Below are positions 28,444-38,269 of a stretch of 64,000 nt of DNA, piece by piece; positions within the stretch are counted from its first letter, which is position 1; the number at the start of each line of letters is the position of its first letter. Source of the stretch: Nitrososphaerota archaeon (GTDB lineage: Archaea > Thermoproteota > Nitrososphaeria_A > Caldarchaeales > Caldarchaeaceae); contig JBEPYN010000001.1 of NCBI GenBank assembly GCA_041641305.1, positions 576,001 through 640,000 of the forward strand, in the 5' to 3' direction. A program made the position numbers and the translations under genes. The notes beneath the pieces are model-generated. The model did no database searches. It had not been told where the DNA came from and was given only the letters and a program-made list of their open reading frames with translations.

Positions 28444-30023
28444 CCTGTCTCGAGTATCTTTGTCACCACTCCTATGCCCTTTGTTTTCCCCTCCCGGAAG
28501 ACAAACTTGTCACCGGGCTGAATGTAGAAAGGCCTATACTTGAACCGCATTTCCACCCTGCCCGATTCCCCCGCTTTGAGATAGGGTTTGTCGAGTAGTT
28601 TAACACGTGTTGTAGAGGCGATGGTGTGGATGTGGACGATTGGCTCATAGCCTGTGCTGATTCTCGTCGGATGGGAGAGGACGGTGACCTCGGCCTCGAA
28701 AGACCTGACACTCTCGGGGTTGAGGCTTGGGTCACATATGATCATGCCTCTTTCGAGAAGCTCCTCCCTCACCCCTTTCACGGCCACTCCCACAATATAG
28801 CCTGGCTCGGCCTCCGCCAACCGTGTATAATGCATCTCAATACTCCGCGCACGTACGGGCACATAGGCACCTTTCCGCGTCGGCCCCAAGAGAAGCTCAG
28901 CCCCCGGCGTCAAACTCCCCTGCCTAACAGAGCCTGAGACAACATTCCCCACACCCTCAACACTGTAAACCCTGTCAATGTATAGCAGGAATGGTTGATC
29001 TTTTTTCTTTGCCCTTGGAGGCAGCCTCCTAAGCAGATGATAAACAAGGTCATACCCCTGCCGTGTCACAGACGAGATCTTAAACACCGGGACAACCACG
29101 GAGACCTTGTCGACGAGCAGTTCTACGTCGTTGACTGAGTTGACTATGAAAGGTATTCGCCCAACTCGTTTAAGCAGTGATACGATCTCTGACTCGGCGG
29201 CCTGGACTCTGTTTGCGGGAACTTTATCGATCTTCGTCACCAGTATGATGACTGGGATGTCCATCGCAAGCATTATGCCGAGATGCTCCCGCGTGATGTG
29301 GGTGGGGCCGTCGTCGGCGGCGACAACCAAGAAACCGTAGTCTATTTCTTGGCCGAGTATGCCGCGGATGGTTGTCCTCAGCCAAGGCTCATGACCGACA
29401 GTGTCCACAAAGCTCACGAGACGCTCCGATTCGCGGGTGACACGTATTCTCTCAGCCCGGTCAAGCGGGTTCTTCATGAAGTTAGGCTCCGAGCCACGGA
29501 AGCCCAGAACAATGAAGTGGAGGTCGGCTGAGAGATTTCTCTCAACCTCGTGAGGCAAGGTGTCGAGGTAAAGCCATTTCTGGCCGTCGTCCCTCTCACC
29601 GGTAATCAGGCACGCTAGGAAAGTGGATTTCCCGTGGTTGACGTGACCCGCCACAGAGACAACCAAGTGGTCAACACTCGGCCTCGACTGCGTGGTGATA
29701 ATTACTCTCGCAATCAAGCCACCGTTTGAGTCAAACTTCTCAACCCTATCTATCGCAGCCCCGCACTCCGAAGCCACTTGCCTTAAGACGCTGAGGCTTT
29801 CTTCAAGCTCTATCTCAGTTATCCCCGACGCTGTCCCATCGTCTCTAACTCCGAGAATGTAAACAGCGGTCCCGTCGCCGTTCTCCAGCCTATACTTCAT
29901 CTGGCTCGCAAGCTTCTGCCTCTTCTCCGTTCGGAGATGAATCTCGGGAATAAGCTTCTCCTTAAACTCGATATGCATCTTCTCAACAGATGGTATAGTG
30001 AACCTCTTGTTACCAGCCATCAA
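28440..30023 (-). CDS. GTPBP1-family translational GTPase
   Basis: N-terminal IEFKE..QMKYRL..G.G.A.YILGV.DDG domain; GHVNHGKST, DTVGHE and TKID; EF-Tu-like domains II and III. Confidence 0.92.
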   Translation of the reverse strand: MMAGNKRFTIPSVEKMHIEFKEKLIPEIHLRTEKRQKLASQMKYRLENGDGTAVYILGVRDDGTASGITEIELEESLSVLRQVASECGAAIDRVEKFDSNGGLIARVIITTQSRPSVDHLVVSVAGHVNHGKSTFLACLITGERDDGQKWLYLDTLPHEVERNLSADLHFIVLGFRGSEPNFMKNPLDRAERIRVTRESERLVSFVDTVGHEPWLRTTIRGILGQEIDYGFLVVAADDGPTHITREHLGIMLAMDIPVIILVTKIDKVPANRVQAAESEIVSLLKRVGRIPFIVNSVNDVELLVDKVSVVVPVFKISSVTRQGYDLVYHLLRRLPPRAKKKDQPFLLYIDRVYSVEGVGNVVSGSVRQGSLTPGAELLLGPTRKGAYVPVRARSIEMHYTRLAEAEPGYIVGVAVKGVREELLERGMIICDPSLNPESVRSFEAEVTVLSHPTRISTGYEPIVHIHTIASTTRVKLLDKPYLKAGESGRVEMRFKYRPFYIQPGDKFVFREGKTKGIGVVTKILETG

Positions 30024-30250
30024 TGCATCACAATCAGGGAGACAACCGAGGTGATGTTTTCAACCTTCTTAATACGGTTGTTGACAACCTGTTTCAACAC
30101 ATCCATTGACTCGGCTTCAATTTTCACAACCATGTCGAAGACGCCGTATACTCTCTGAGCATCCTTAACCTCCTTGACCGCCCGAAGGTGGCTGAGAACC
30201 TCCTCCTCTCTCCCGGGCCTAACGTTCAGAAGCAGGAAAGCAAGAGCCAT
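30020..30250 (-). CDS. Stand-alone Lrp/AsnC ligand-binding (RAM) domain
   Basis: AFLLLNV.PG.E..V, VYGVFDMVVKIE; 76 aa with no HTH. Confidence 0.9.
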   Translation of the reverse strand: MALAFLLLNVRPGREEEVLSHLRAVKEVKDAQRVYGVFDMVVKIEAESMDVLKQVVNNRIKKVENITSVVSLIVMH

Positions 30251-30300
30251 CGGCTTGCCCAGGTATACAAAGCTCAGCCGCTATAAAAATCTGAAAAAAA

Positions 30301-30663
30301 TTACTTGAACCTGTATCCGCAGTAGAAGCAGACGATGGCATCGACCTCGTTGAGCGCTCTGCAGCTGGGGCAGTGGAAAGAGGTGACAAGCTTGATCTCC
30401 TCCTTCCTTTGGATGACCGGTTCCTCCGCTGGAGAAGGCATGCAAACAAGTGTTTCAACCTTTATGACGTTGGGCTGCTTAGCCAAGATTTCATAAACCC
30501 TTTGAGAAAGCTGCTCTACACTGTCAGCAGATACAAAGAGCACGGCGTCAAAACGGCCGAAAACGCTGTGAGCGGAAATTACTCCGGGCATAGACCTGAG
30601 CGCGACTATTTGGTGACTTGTGCCCGGTACTGTGCGTATAAGGACGTATGCGAATACCTTCAT
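30301..30663 (-). CDS. Lrp/AsnC RAM domain fused to a C-terminal Zn ribbon
   Basis: From ATG 30663: AYVLIRTVPG, VFGRFDAV, then CPSC..CFYCG. Confidence 0.85.
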   Translation of the reverse strand: MKVFAYVLIRTVPGTSHQIVALRSMPGVISAHSVFGRFDAVLFVSADSVEQLSQRVYEILAKQPNVIKVETLVCMPSPAEEPVIQRKEEIKLVTSFHCPSCRALNEVDAIVCFYCGYRFK

Positions 30664-30914
30664 CAGCCGTTCCCGCGGAACATCACGATGCAGGTCTCTG
30701 TGCGGACCACGTTTGGGATTTTCTCGATGACCTTGTAAAGAACCTGTGACAGTGTATTCATGTCCTCGACTTCCAGGGTTATGATTGCGTCGTATCTTCC
30801 GAAGACCGAGTCGGCTGCGACAACCCCCTTTATCGCGGAGGCTTCTTTGAGAAACTTGACGATGTCCTCGGATGTGCCGGGTTTCGCGGAAACAAGAACA
30901 TATGCCTTGACCAT
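30663..30914 (-). CDS. Stand-alone Lrp/AsnC RAM domain
   Basis: AYVLVSAKPG, VFGRYDAII and VVRTET. Confidence 0.9.
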   Translation of the reverse strand: MVKAYVLVSAKPGTSEDIVKFLKEASAIKGVVAADSVFGRYDAIITLEVEDMNTLSQVLYKVIEKIPNVVRTETCIVMFRGNG

Positions 30915-30920
30915 GGGCCG

Positions 30921-32357
30921 TCACACGTCGAAGTAGAGGTAGAACTCGTAGGGATGCGGCTTGGTGGCAACGTCTATGAATGACTTGAGCTGGAGCTCTG
31001 TGAAAACCTCTATCAGGTCATCGGTGAAAACGGGTTTGAGGAACTCGTGGTCGCTCAGCAATTCCTCTACAGCCTCGCGAAGCGAGCCGGGAAGCTCCCG
31101 TATCCCGAGCTGCTTTCTCCTCTCGGGACTGAGCTTGTAAATGTCCTCGTTAACGGGGTCGCCTGGGTCAATCTTCTTCTTTATTCCATCGATGCCGGCA
31201 GCAGCCATCGCGGCGAAGCATAGGTAAGGGTTGGCTGATGGGTCGGGTGTCCTAAACTCTATTCTCTTTGACTTCATAGAGGAACGGCCTCTGTAGTAAA
31301 CTGGTATGCGTATGTTGGCGGATCTGTTTGACCTGCTCCACGCTATGAAAACCGGCGCCTCGTATCCTGGGACAAGCCTCCTGTAGGAGTTTGTTGTGGG
31401 GTTGGTTATGGCTGTCAACGCGCGGCTGTGCTCGAGAAGGCCTCCCACAAAGTATCTGCCCAGCTGGCTGAGCTCCGCATAGTCGTCTTTCTCGTCGTAG
31501 AATAGGTTGACGCCGTTTCTCCAAAGGCTAACATGGACATGCATGCCTGATGCGTTGTCTCCAAAAATCGGCTTGGGCATGAACGTGGCCACCATGCCTA
31601 GGTTGTTTGCGATAACACGTGACACATACTTGTATGTCTGGGCCTTGTCAGCCATCTTGGTCAACGTGTCAAACCTCATGTCTATCTCACACTGTCCCGC
31701 CGTCGCAACCTCATGGTGATGCGCGTCAACTTCAATGTTGAAGTACTCAGTTAAGACTCTGCAGACCTCGTTCCTGTACTCCATCAAGCTGTCCTGCGGA
31801 GGCACTGGATAGTATCCCTCCTTAAACCTGATGGGGTGCTGTGTCCCTCCAGAGTTCCAAGCAGCCTCTTTGGACTCGATTTTGTAGCTGACGCCTTCGA
31901 AGGGTGATTTCACGTCCCAGTGGACCTTGTCGAAGACGAAGAACTCTATTTCAGGGCCCCAGTAGGATGTGTCGAAGCCCTGTGCCTTGATGTATTCCTC
32001 TGCTTTCTGGGCCACGTAGCGCGGGTCTCTGCTGAATCTTCCGCTTCCAAACCCTCTGTAGACGTCGCAGATCATCCGCGCTGTTTTGTTGGGGCCGTTG
32101 CTCCACGGAAGAATTGCGAAGGTGCCTGGGTCGGGTTTTAGAACCATGTCGGATTCATGGATGTCGGCGAACCCTCTCAGCGACGAGCCGTCGAGCTTCG
32201 CCACACCTTCTCGCAGAGTGTCTTCAGTGAGGTAAGCTGATGTGATTGTGACGTGGTGAAGCTTGCCGGGCAGGTCCGTCAGCTGTAGGTCTATGAATCG
32301 GATGCCATTCTCCCTTACGCGCTCAACAATTTCTGTTAATTCCATCATCTTGTTCAC
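30921..32357 (-). CDS. glnA: Glutamine synthetase type I
   Basis: DGSS, GPEIEF, HHEVA, FMPKP, SGMHVH, RLVPGYEAP and RIEFR. Confidence 0.98.
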   Translation of the reverse strand: MNKMMELTEIVERVRENGIRFIDLQLTDLPGKLHHVTITSAYLTEDTLREGVAKLDGSSLRGFADIHESDMVLKPDPGTFAILPWSNGPNKTARMICDVYRGFGSGRFSRDPRYVAQKAEEYIKAQGFDTSYWGPEIEFFVFDKVHWDVKSPFEGVSYKIESKEAAWNSGGTQHPIRFKEGYYPVPPQDSLMEYRNEVCRVLTEYFNIEVDAHHHEVATAGQCEIDMRFDTLTKMADKAQTYKYVSRVIANNLGMVATFMPKPIFGDNASGMHVHVSLWRNGVNLFYDEKDDYAELSQLGRYFVGGLLEHSRALTAITNPTTNSYRRLVPGYEAPVFIAWSRSNRSANIRIPVYYRGRSSMKSKRIEFRTPDPSANPYLCFAAMAAAGIDGIKKKIDPGDPVNEDIYKLSPERRKQLGIRELPGSLREAVEELLSDHEFLKPVFTDDLIEVFTELQLKSFIDVATKPHPYEFYLYFDV

Positions 32358-32408
32358 CGCTCAACAAGTTTTATTTAACCAAAGAGCCAATATTTAATGC
32401 TATTTTTT

Positions 32409-32442
32409 GTCGGATAGCCGACGAATAATTTTTCTTTCGTCG
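32409..32442. promoter_or_regulatory. Candidate operator(s) upstream of the glnA TATA box
   Basis: CGACGAA-N10-TTCGTCG (32419-32442) overlapping GTCGG-N4-CCGAC (32409-32422); TTAAATA box at 32391-32397 on the minus strand. Confidence 0.45.
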
Positions 32443-32498
32443 TTTTGACCATTACATTGGCAAGTCACGTTTTTTAATCGGCGGAAGATGGCAAAAGC

Positions 32499-32852
32499 AT
32501 GAGACCCGCCGCTCTGTTACTTGTTTTGCTTCTTTCTCTTTGGCAGCTTGCTCAAGGTTTGGCGATGCGTTTCGAGATGGTTGAGCCTGAGATGGTTCGC
32601 CCTATTCATATCGGGGTGGGCGTTTTGACAGCTCTCATACTGCTTGGCCTCGTCAGGTCTGCGAGAAGACAGGGTGAACGCATCGGCTCAGACCTCACTT
32701 TCATTTTCCTGTTGATAGTTTTTCAGGGTTTGGCGGGGCTGTTCATCCTAGCCGAAATCACGTTAGCGGCTGTGATACACCTTGTTTTGTCGTTTTTTGT
32801 CGTGGGAGCCGTGGCTGGTGCACTGGTTTTAGCCGCGTCTGAGCAGGGTTAG
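32499..32852 (+). CDS. Small 4-TM membrane protein with His residues (possibly heme-binding)
   Basis: Hydrophobic ORF with IHIGVG, FQGLAG and IHLVLS. Confidence 0.65.
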   Translation: MRPAALLLVLLLSLWQLAQGLAMRFEMVEPEMVRPIHIGVGVLTALILLGLVRSARRQGERIGSDLTFIFLLIVFQGLAGLFILAEITLAAVIHLVLSFFVVGAVAGALVLAASEQG

Positions 32853-33253
32853 GCTTTAAACAGATAGAGAGACAACGCCGCCACCGTCACCGTCAAAACA
32901 TGAGCGGCGGTACATAGGATGCAGACCGCTCCGATGAGACCGAGCTCAACATAGACGAGTAATGCCACAGCGGCCACGCCTACAACCGACCATCCCAACA
33001 CAAGCTTCTCAAACCGTTTACTGTTGTTGGCTAGCATGGATAATGACGCCGCAGCAGCAAACCATACAACACCGTAGAAGGCGGTCGGCACGCCGAGAAA
33101 CTTTGCATATGGGCTGGAAAGCACTGTATCACATGACAGAAAACTGGATATTTCACAGAACTGCGGCGGGGGCAGGAGAGTCAGGTAAATGCTTAGAAAA
33201 AGTCCCATGAGCGAGACTGCGAATATCAGATACGGAATCATCTCTTTTTTCAT
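32849..33253 (-). CDS. Vitamin K epoxide reductase (VKOR) family protein
   Basis: FCEISSFLSCDTVLSSPYA and AVCILC. Confidence 0.93.
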   Translation of the reverse strand: MKKEMIPYLIFAVSLMGLFLSIYLTLLPPPQFCEISSFLSCDTVLSSPYAKFLGVPTAFYGVVWFAAAASLSMLANNSKRFEKLVLGWSVVGVAAVALLVYVELGLIGAVCILCTAAHVLTVTVAALSLYLFKA

Positions 33254-33843
33254 CCGAGGAGCTTGTCGAGTTCGTTTGCCAAGGCTTCGTAGGTCTGCTC
33301 GCCCTCAAGTTTTGCGGATATTATGCCGTTTTTGTTCACGACTATGTATGTGGGTGTTCCGCGTACACCGTATTGGCGGAAGATTTCGAGCTGAGCGTCG
33401 AAGCCGACAGGCCATGTTACGCCATAGTTTTTGATGAACTGCGCCGTTTTCTGCGCATCAGTGTTGTATCCTCCAGCAACCGTGATGAAAACCACACCTT
33501 TTTCAGCGTAGTTTTGGTGAAGTCTCTCCACGATGGGCGCCATGTTCCGGCAGTGAACACACCATTCATGGATGAAGTCGATGAAGTATATTTGTCCCGT
33601 GTCTGGTCTAAAGGTGACCTTCTCCTGCTTCAGACCCGTCGCATCGATTAGGTCGAGGCTGAAAGGTGTGGCAACGTCGCCTGTGTTGACGGAGTTTCCC
33701 TGCCCTGTCGTGGCTATTGTGGAGAAGTTTCCTGAAGGCGGAGTAGCCACCAAGTAGGCGATGAATGCTACAAGCAGAGCGGCCGGTAGGACTGCCAAGT
33801 AGGTAGATAACTGACGCTTCTTCTTAGCCTTCTTGGGAGGCAT
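33250..33843 (-). CDS. Membrane-anchored TlpA/thioredoxin-like disulfide oxidoreductase
   Basis: WCVHC and YGVRGTPT; translationally coupled to the VKOR gene. Confidence 0.92.
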   Translation of the reverse strand: MPPKKAKKKRQLSTYLAVLPAALLVAFIAYLVATPPSGNFSTIATTGQGNSVNTGDVATPFSLDLIDATGLKQEKVTFRPDTGQIYFIDFIHEWCVHCRNMAPIVERLHQNYAEKGVVFITVAGGYNTDAQKTAQFIKNYGVTWPVGFDAQLEIFRQYGVRGTPTYIVVNKNGIISAKLEGEQTYEALANELDKLLG

Positions 33844-33935
33844 TTTGTCCCAACCGTCTCTCATCCACAGCCAGCTATTAATCATTTTTGAAAAACTCTT
33901 ACAGAGTTATATTGTTGGTCAAGAGTTTTCAGACA

Positions 33936-35339
33936 ATGGCTGTGCAGAGTAGGCTGCTTCTCCTCGGTCTTCTGGTTGGGATTTTTCTTGCGGCGATAGA
34001 CTCGACGGTGGTGGCGGTGGCCCTGCCGTCGATAGTTTCATCTCTTGCGGGGTTGGAAATTTACAGCTGGGCTTTCACGGCGTATATTCTCACTTCTACG
34101 GTGACGGGGCCGCTGTGGGGTAAGATCAGCGACATCTATGGCCGCCGCTACATCTACGGGGCCGGTGTCGCGATTTTTCTCGCCGGTAGTTTGCTCTGTG
34201 GGGTGGCGCAGGATATGGTTCAGCTGGTGCTGTTCCGCGGGATACAGGGCCTCGGCGGCGGTGCTCTGCTTGTTCTCACCTTCACCATAGTGGGTGAAAT
34301 CTTCACATTAAAGGAACGGGCTAAAGCCACGGCCTACACCTCCTCTGTCTGGGCCATAGCAAGCATCGTGGGCCCTCCTCTCGGCGGGTTCATAGTCGAC
34401 AGCGTTGGATGGCGGTGGATATTTTTGATAAATCTTCCAGTCGGGCTGCTCTGTCTCACCGCGGTTACACGTAGCCTCAAATCCACAGCACATGCAGAAT
34501 CCAAGATTGACTTCAGCGGCTCTATCCTGTTCCTAATCGCTGCTTCTGCGCTACTGCTTTACCTATCAGAGTTTCAAAACATCGGCGAGACAGCGCCACT
34601 CATCCTGTTAACATCTGGAGCGGCTTTCACGCTTTTCTTCTACAACGAACGCAGGTCACCCAGCCCCCTCATCCCGTTCCACCTCTTCCGAGAAAAGCTT
34701 CTCCGAACCGGGTTTATAGGCAACCTATTGGCAGGGTTTGTTTTCTTCGGCATAATAGCCTACATGCCTCTTTATCTCCAGACGGTCCTAGGCTACTCCG
34801 CCACCTTTTCCGGATTGCTGCTTCTCCCCCTCGTCCTCGGATGGGTTGTCAGCTCCAACGCCGCCGCACAGTTGGCAATCAGAGCTTCTCTAAAGATCCC
34901 AGCCATATTGAGCGGTGTCTTCCTCTTGATTGGAACGCTGTTTCTGATGCTTGCTTCGGGTAACATGCCTGTTTTGTTGACGGGGTTTGCTTTGACAGGT
35001 TTGGGCATGGGCTTCACCGTCTCCACTTTCCTCATCGCCACGCAGACCGTTGTTCCACGGGGGGTTCTCGGTGTCGCAACCTCCTTGCTCAGCTTCCTAA
35101 GGCTGATGGGTGGAGCTATCTCGGCCGCTGTGCTCTGGCTTCCCATAGGGGCGATGGTTAGAGACCTAGAGCTGCAGCAAAGCGTCGTCGTCACCCTTTC
35201 CGAAGCGGAGAAAGCGGCTTTCAGCGCAGGCTTCTCACAATCCCTCGCAATAGCAGTTGCAGCTTCTGCCGCGGCCCTCGCACTATACCTGTTCACACCC
35301 AGCATCAAGCTCGCCAAACTCGGCGACAAACCATCCTAA
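33936..35339 (+). CDS. MFS drug:H+ antiporter (DHA2, 14 TM)
   Basis: LAAIDSTVV.VALP, GKISDIYGRR and WRWIFLINLPVG. Confidence 0.93.
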   Translation: MAVQSRLLLLGLLVGIFLAAIDSTVVAVALPSIVSSLAGLEIYSWAFTAYILTSTVTGPLWGKISDIYGRRYIYGAGVAIFLAGSLLCGVAQDMVQLVLFRGIQGLGGGALLVLTFTIVGEIFTLKERAKATAYTSSVWAIASIVGPPLGGFIVDSVGWRWIFLINLPVGLLCLTAVTRSLKSTAHAESKIDFSGSILFLIAASALLLYLSEFQNIGETAPLILLTSGAAFTLFFYNERRSPSPLIPFHLFREKLLRTGFIGNLLAGFVFFGIIAYMPLYLQTVLGYSATFSGLLLLPLVLGWVVSSNAAAQLAIRASLKIPAILSGVFLLIGTLFLMLASGNMPVLLTGFALTGLGMGFTVSTFLIATQTVVPRGVLGVATSLLSFLRLMGGAISAAVLWLPIGAMVRDLELQQSVVVTLSEAEKAAFSAGFSQSLAIAVAASAAALALYLFTPSIKLAKLGDKPS

Positions 35340-35381
35340 ACCGCTCGAAAGGAATTTATCATCCCCCTGAAGCATAATCAT

Positions 35382-37007
35382 ATGCCGAAATACATCTTCG
35401 TAACAGGCGGCGTCGTCAGCAGCGTCGGCAAAGGAACTGTGGCCGCCTCTATTGGAAAAATCTTATCGGTACGTGGTGTGAAAACTGGGTTTCTGAAGAT
35501 AGACCCATACGTCAACGTCGACGCCGGAACACTAAACCCCTTCTCACATGGAGAAGTGTTTGTAACAGACGACGGCGCGGAAACAGACCTCGACCTCGGC
35601 TGGTATGAACGCTTTCTCGACGTTAGAACATCGAGGAAAAACAACATAACAACCGGGCAAATCTATGCAGAGGTCATCGCGAGAGAGAGGCGAGGCGACT
35701 ACCTTGGCCAGTGTGTCCAGATAGTTCCTCACGTGACTGATGAGATTAAGAGAAGGATTCGGGAGGCTGCGGATGGTGTGAATGTTCTGATTGTTGAGGT
35801 TGGTGGAACAGTTGGGGATATCGAGGGTCAGCCGTTTCTAGAGGCGGTTAGGCAGATGCGTCTCGAGGAGGGTGTGGAGAACACCTTGTTTGTCCACGTC
35901 GCGCTTGTGCTCACCCTCAAGGCGACGGGCGAGTTCAAGACAAAGGCGCTTCAACACAGCGTCAACACCCTCAGAGCACTTGGCATCCAGCCAGACATCA
36001 TCGTGGCGAGAAGCGACAAGCCGATAGACCAGGAGGCGCGGCGCAAGATTGCCCTCTTTGGCACAATCTCGGAGAAAGCCGTCTTTTCATCCCATGATGT
36101 CGACTGTGTATACAAGGTTCCGGTGGTTTTGGAGAAGCAGGGTATGGGTGATTTCTTGGTTACCCGTCTCGGACTATCGGCATCGACACCGGACTGGAGA
36201 GAGTGGAATCATGTGTTGGCGCTGTATGACAACGCGGCTTTCCCTGTCAAGATAGCTGTCTGCGGAAAATACACGAAGCTCGCCGACTCCTACGTAAGCG
36301 TTAAGGAGGCTCTGCAGCATGCGGGCGTGAACATAGGCGCCCGCGTGGAGATTGACTGGGTCAACACAGAGGAGTTTGAAAACGGTTCAAGGAGTTTGGA
36401 GACACTCCGCGGCTATGACGGTGTTTTGGTGCCTGGGGGCTTTGGGAAAAGAGGGACTGAGGGGATGATTGAATGCATAAAATTCAGCAGATTAAACGAC
36501 ATCCCATTCCTCGGAATATGTTTCGGCTTGCAGCTCTCTGTCATAGAGTTTGCGCGCAACGTCTGCGGCCTCGCTGGGGCGAACTCGACTGAGCTAAGCC
36601 CGGAGACACCTCATCCCGTCATCGACCTTATGCCTGAGCAGCGGCGGATAAAAGAGTTCGGCGGAACCATGAGGCTTGGCGCATTAACCGTGAAACTCGT
36701 CAAAGGCACCTTGGCGCATAGATTGTATGGAGCAGATGAGATTCGCCAGCGACATCGGCACAGGTATGAAGTTAACCAAACATACTGGGAGACGCTGCAG
36801 AGGAATGGCTTGGTCTTCTCCGGTTTTTCACCTGAGGGAGACCGCGTCGAGGTCGTCGAGTATCCCTTGAACCGGTTCTTCCTCGCGACACAGTTTCATC
36901 CCGAGTATCTCTCGCGACCAAACAGGCCCGACCCAGCGTATCATGGGTTTGTGAAAGCTGCGATGGAGAGGAGAAAGGCTCTCAGGACAGCTGAGGCCAT
37001 GGCCTAA
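35382..37007 (+). CDS. pyrG: CTP synthase
   Basis: KYIFVTGGVVSSVGKG, GGTVGDIE, GICFG, RHRHRYE and QFHPE. Confidence 0.98.
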   Translation: MPKYIFVTGGVVSSVGKGTVAASIGKILSVRGVKTGFLKIDPYVNVDAGTLNPFSHGEVFVTDDGAETDLDLGWYERFLDVRTSRKNNITTGQIYAEVIARERRGDYLGQCVQIVPHVTDEIKRRIREAADGVNVLIVEVGGTVGDIEGQPFLEAVRQMRLEEGVENTLFVHVALVLTLKATGEFKTKALQHSVNTLRALGIQPDIIVARSDKPIDQEARRKIALFGTISEKAVFSSHDVDCVYKVPVVLEKQGMGDFLVTRLGLSASTPDWREWNHVLALYDNAAFPVKIAVCGKYTKLADSYVSVKEALQHAGVNIGARVEIDWVNTEEFENGSRSLETLRGYDGVLVPGGFGKRGTEGMIECIKFSRLNDIPFLGICFGLQLSVIEFARNVCGLAGANSTELSPETPHPVIDLMPEQRRIKEFGGTMRLGALTVKLVKGTLAHRLYGADEIRQRHRHRYEVNQTYWETLQRNGLVFSGFSPEGDRVEVVEYPLNRFFLATQFHPEYLSRPNRPDPAYHGFVKAAMERRKALRTAEAMA

Positions 37008-38269
37008 ACCACGGGTTTTCTCCTGCCAAGCTTCACCCGCAGCGTAAGCAGTCTTTCACCTCTAAACAAAAACGCCGCCAACCCTATGATGGCAACCGTC
37101 CACGCAACCATTACCGCGACGTGCAGCAATATGTTGAGGTAGCTGGACTCGAGTATTGCCTGTGTAGCAAGCATGAGATGGGTGTAGGGGTTGACTAGGA
37201 TGATTGTTGCAAACGGTTGCTGTAGGGTGTGGATGCCTCCCATCAGAAAAAGTAGCAGGGGTAGCAGGATTAGAGGTATCTGTAGAAGGCTCGCCAATTG
37301 TTGACTGCCTCTCACGTCCCCGGCCAACACACCAGCCAAAACACCGATCCCAAGGGTCATAACCAAGGCGAAAAAAAGCACCATAGCAAGCAGAATGAGG
37401 TTGAGTGGAGAGAGGTCCAAACTTAAGCCGATGCCCGCGAAAGCCCTAATCCTGGAGAAGTAGAAGATGAACCCGGCCATCAGGGATGCTGTGCCCAGCA
37501 AAGCAACCACGGTAGAGCCCAGCAGCTTAGAGGCCAAAATGGTTGACCTGCTGATTGGATAGGTGAGGAGCATTTCTAGGGTTTTCGCCTCCTTCTCAAG
37601 ACCGATGCTGGTCGCCGCAACCGTTCCCGAAGTTGTGATAACAATTATTAGAACCATGGGTATCATGATGGTGGATGCGAAAAACTGTTGAAACAGTTGC
37701 CCGACCTCCGTCTCTGAAAGTGTTTGTTCACGGTAGAGAACCTCGCTTGACAGGGATATGGGCTGCCTGTAGAAAGAAACAGCCACACCCTCCTCCGATG
37801 CCAAGGCTTCACCCACCAAAGAAGCGGCCGCTAAGACTTTGTCACGCACATCTCCGACTTTGCCGAACTCTGTTACCGAGGATGAGCCGAGCTTCAAAAC
37901 AAGGCTCACCATCGGCCTATTTTTCCTCTCCAGCTGTGATGAGAAGCCGTCTGGAATGATGACCACGGCGAGTGCTCGGCTGTTTTTCAAAAGCTCGGAG
38001 ACATCATCGCCTACGTTCTGGACAATCTCTGGATTGAGGCCCGTTTTTTTCAGAGCTTCCAAAAAAAGTGAAGCATATCTGCCTCCGTCTTGGTCGACTA
38101 CTATAACCGAGGTCGTGGAAACGGCTCCGCCATCAGACTCGCCCACAGGCCCCATGGCTAACCCTAACAGCGGAAATATTACGAGGGGCATGAGCACAAC
38201 CCCTATCAAGATTGTTTTCTCACTTAGCAGCTCTCTCAGCTCCTTCATCAAAAGAGGTGACAGACTCAA
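37004..38269 (-). CDS. ABC-2 type permease (NatB-like)
   Basis: KELRELL and EKEAKTLEMLLTYP..R..IL.SK. Confidence 0.9.
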   Translation of the reverse strand: MSLSPLLMKELRELLSEKTILIGVVLMPLVIFPLLGLAMGPVGESDGGAVSTTSVIVVDQDGGRYASLFLEALKKTGLNPEIVQNVGDDVSELLKNSRALAVVIIPDGFSSQLERKNRPMVSLVLKLGSSSVTEFGKVGDVRDKVLAAASLVGEALASEEGVAVSFYRQPISLSSEVLYREQTLSETEVGQLFQQFFASTIMIPMVLIIVITTSGTVAATSIGLEKEAKTLEMLLTYPISRSTILASKLLGSTVVALLGTASLMAGFIFYFSRIRAFAGIGLSLDLSPLNLILLAMVLFFALVMTLGIGVLAGVLAGDVRGSQQLASLLQIPLILLPLLLFLMGGIHTLQQPFATIILVNPYTHLMLATQAILESSYLNILLHVAVMVAWTVAIIGLAAFLFRGERLLTLRVKLGRRKPVV

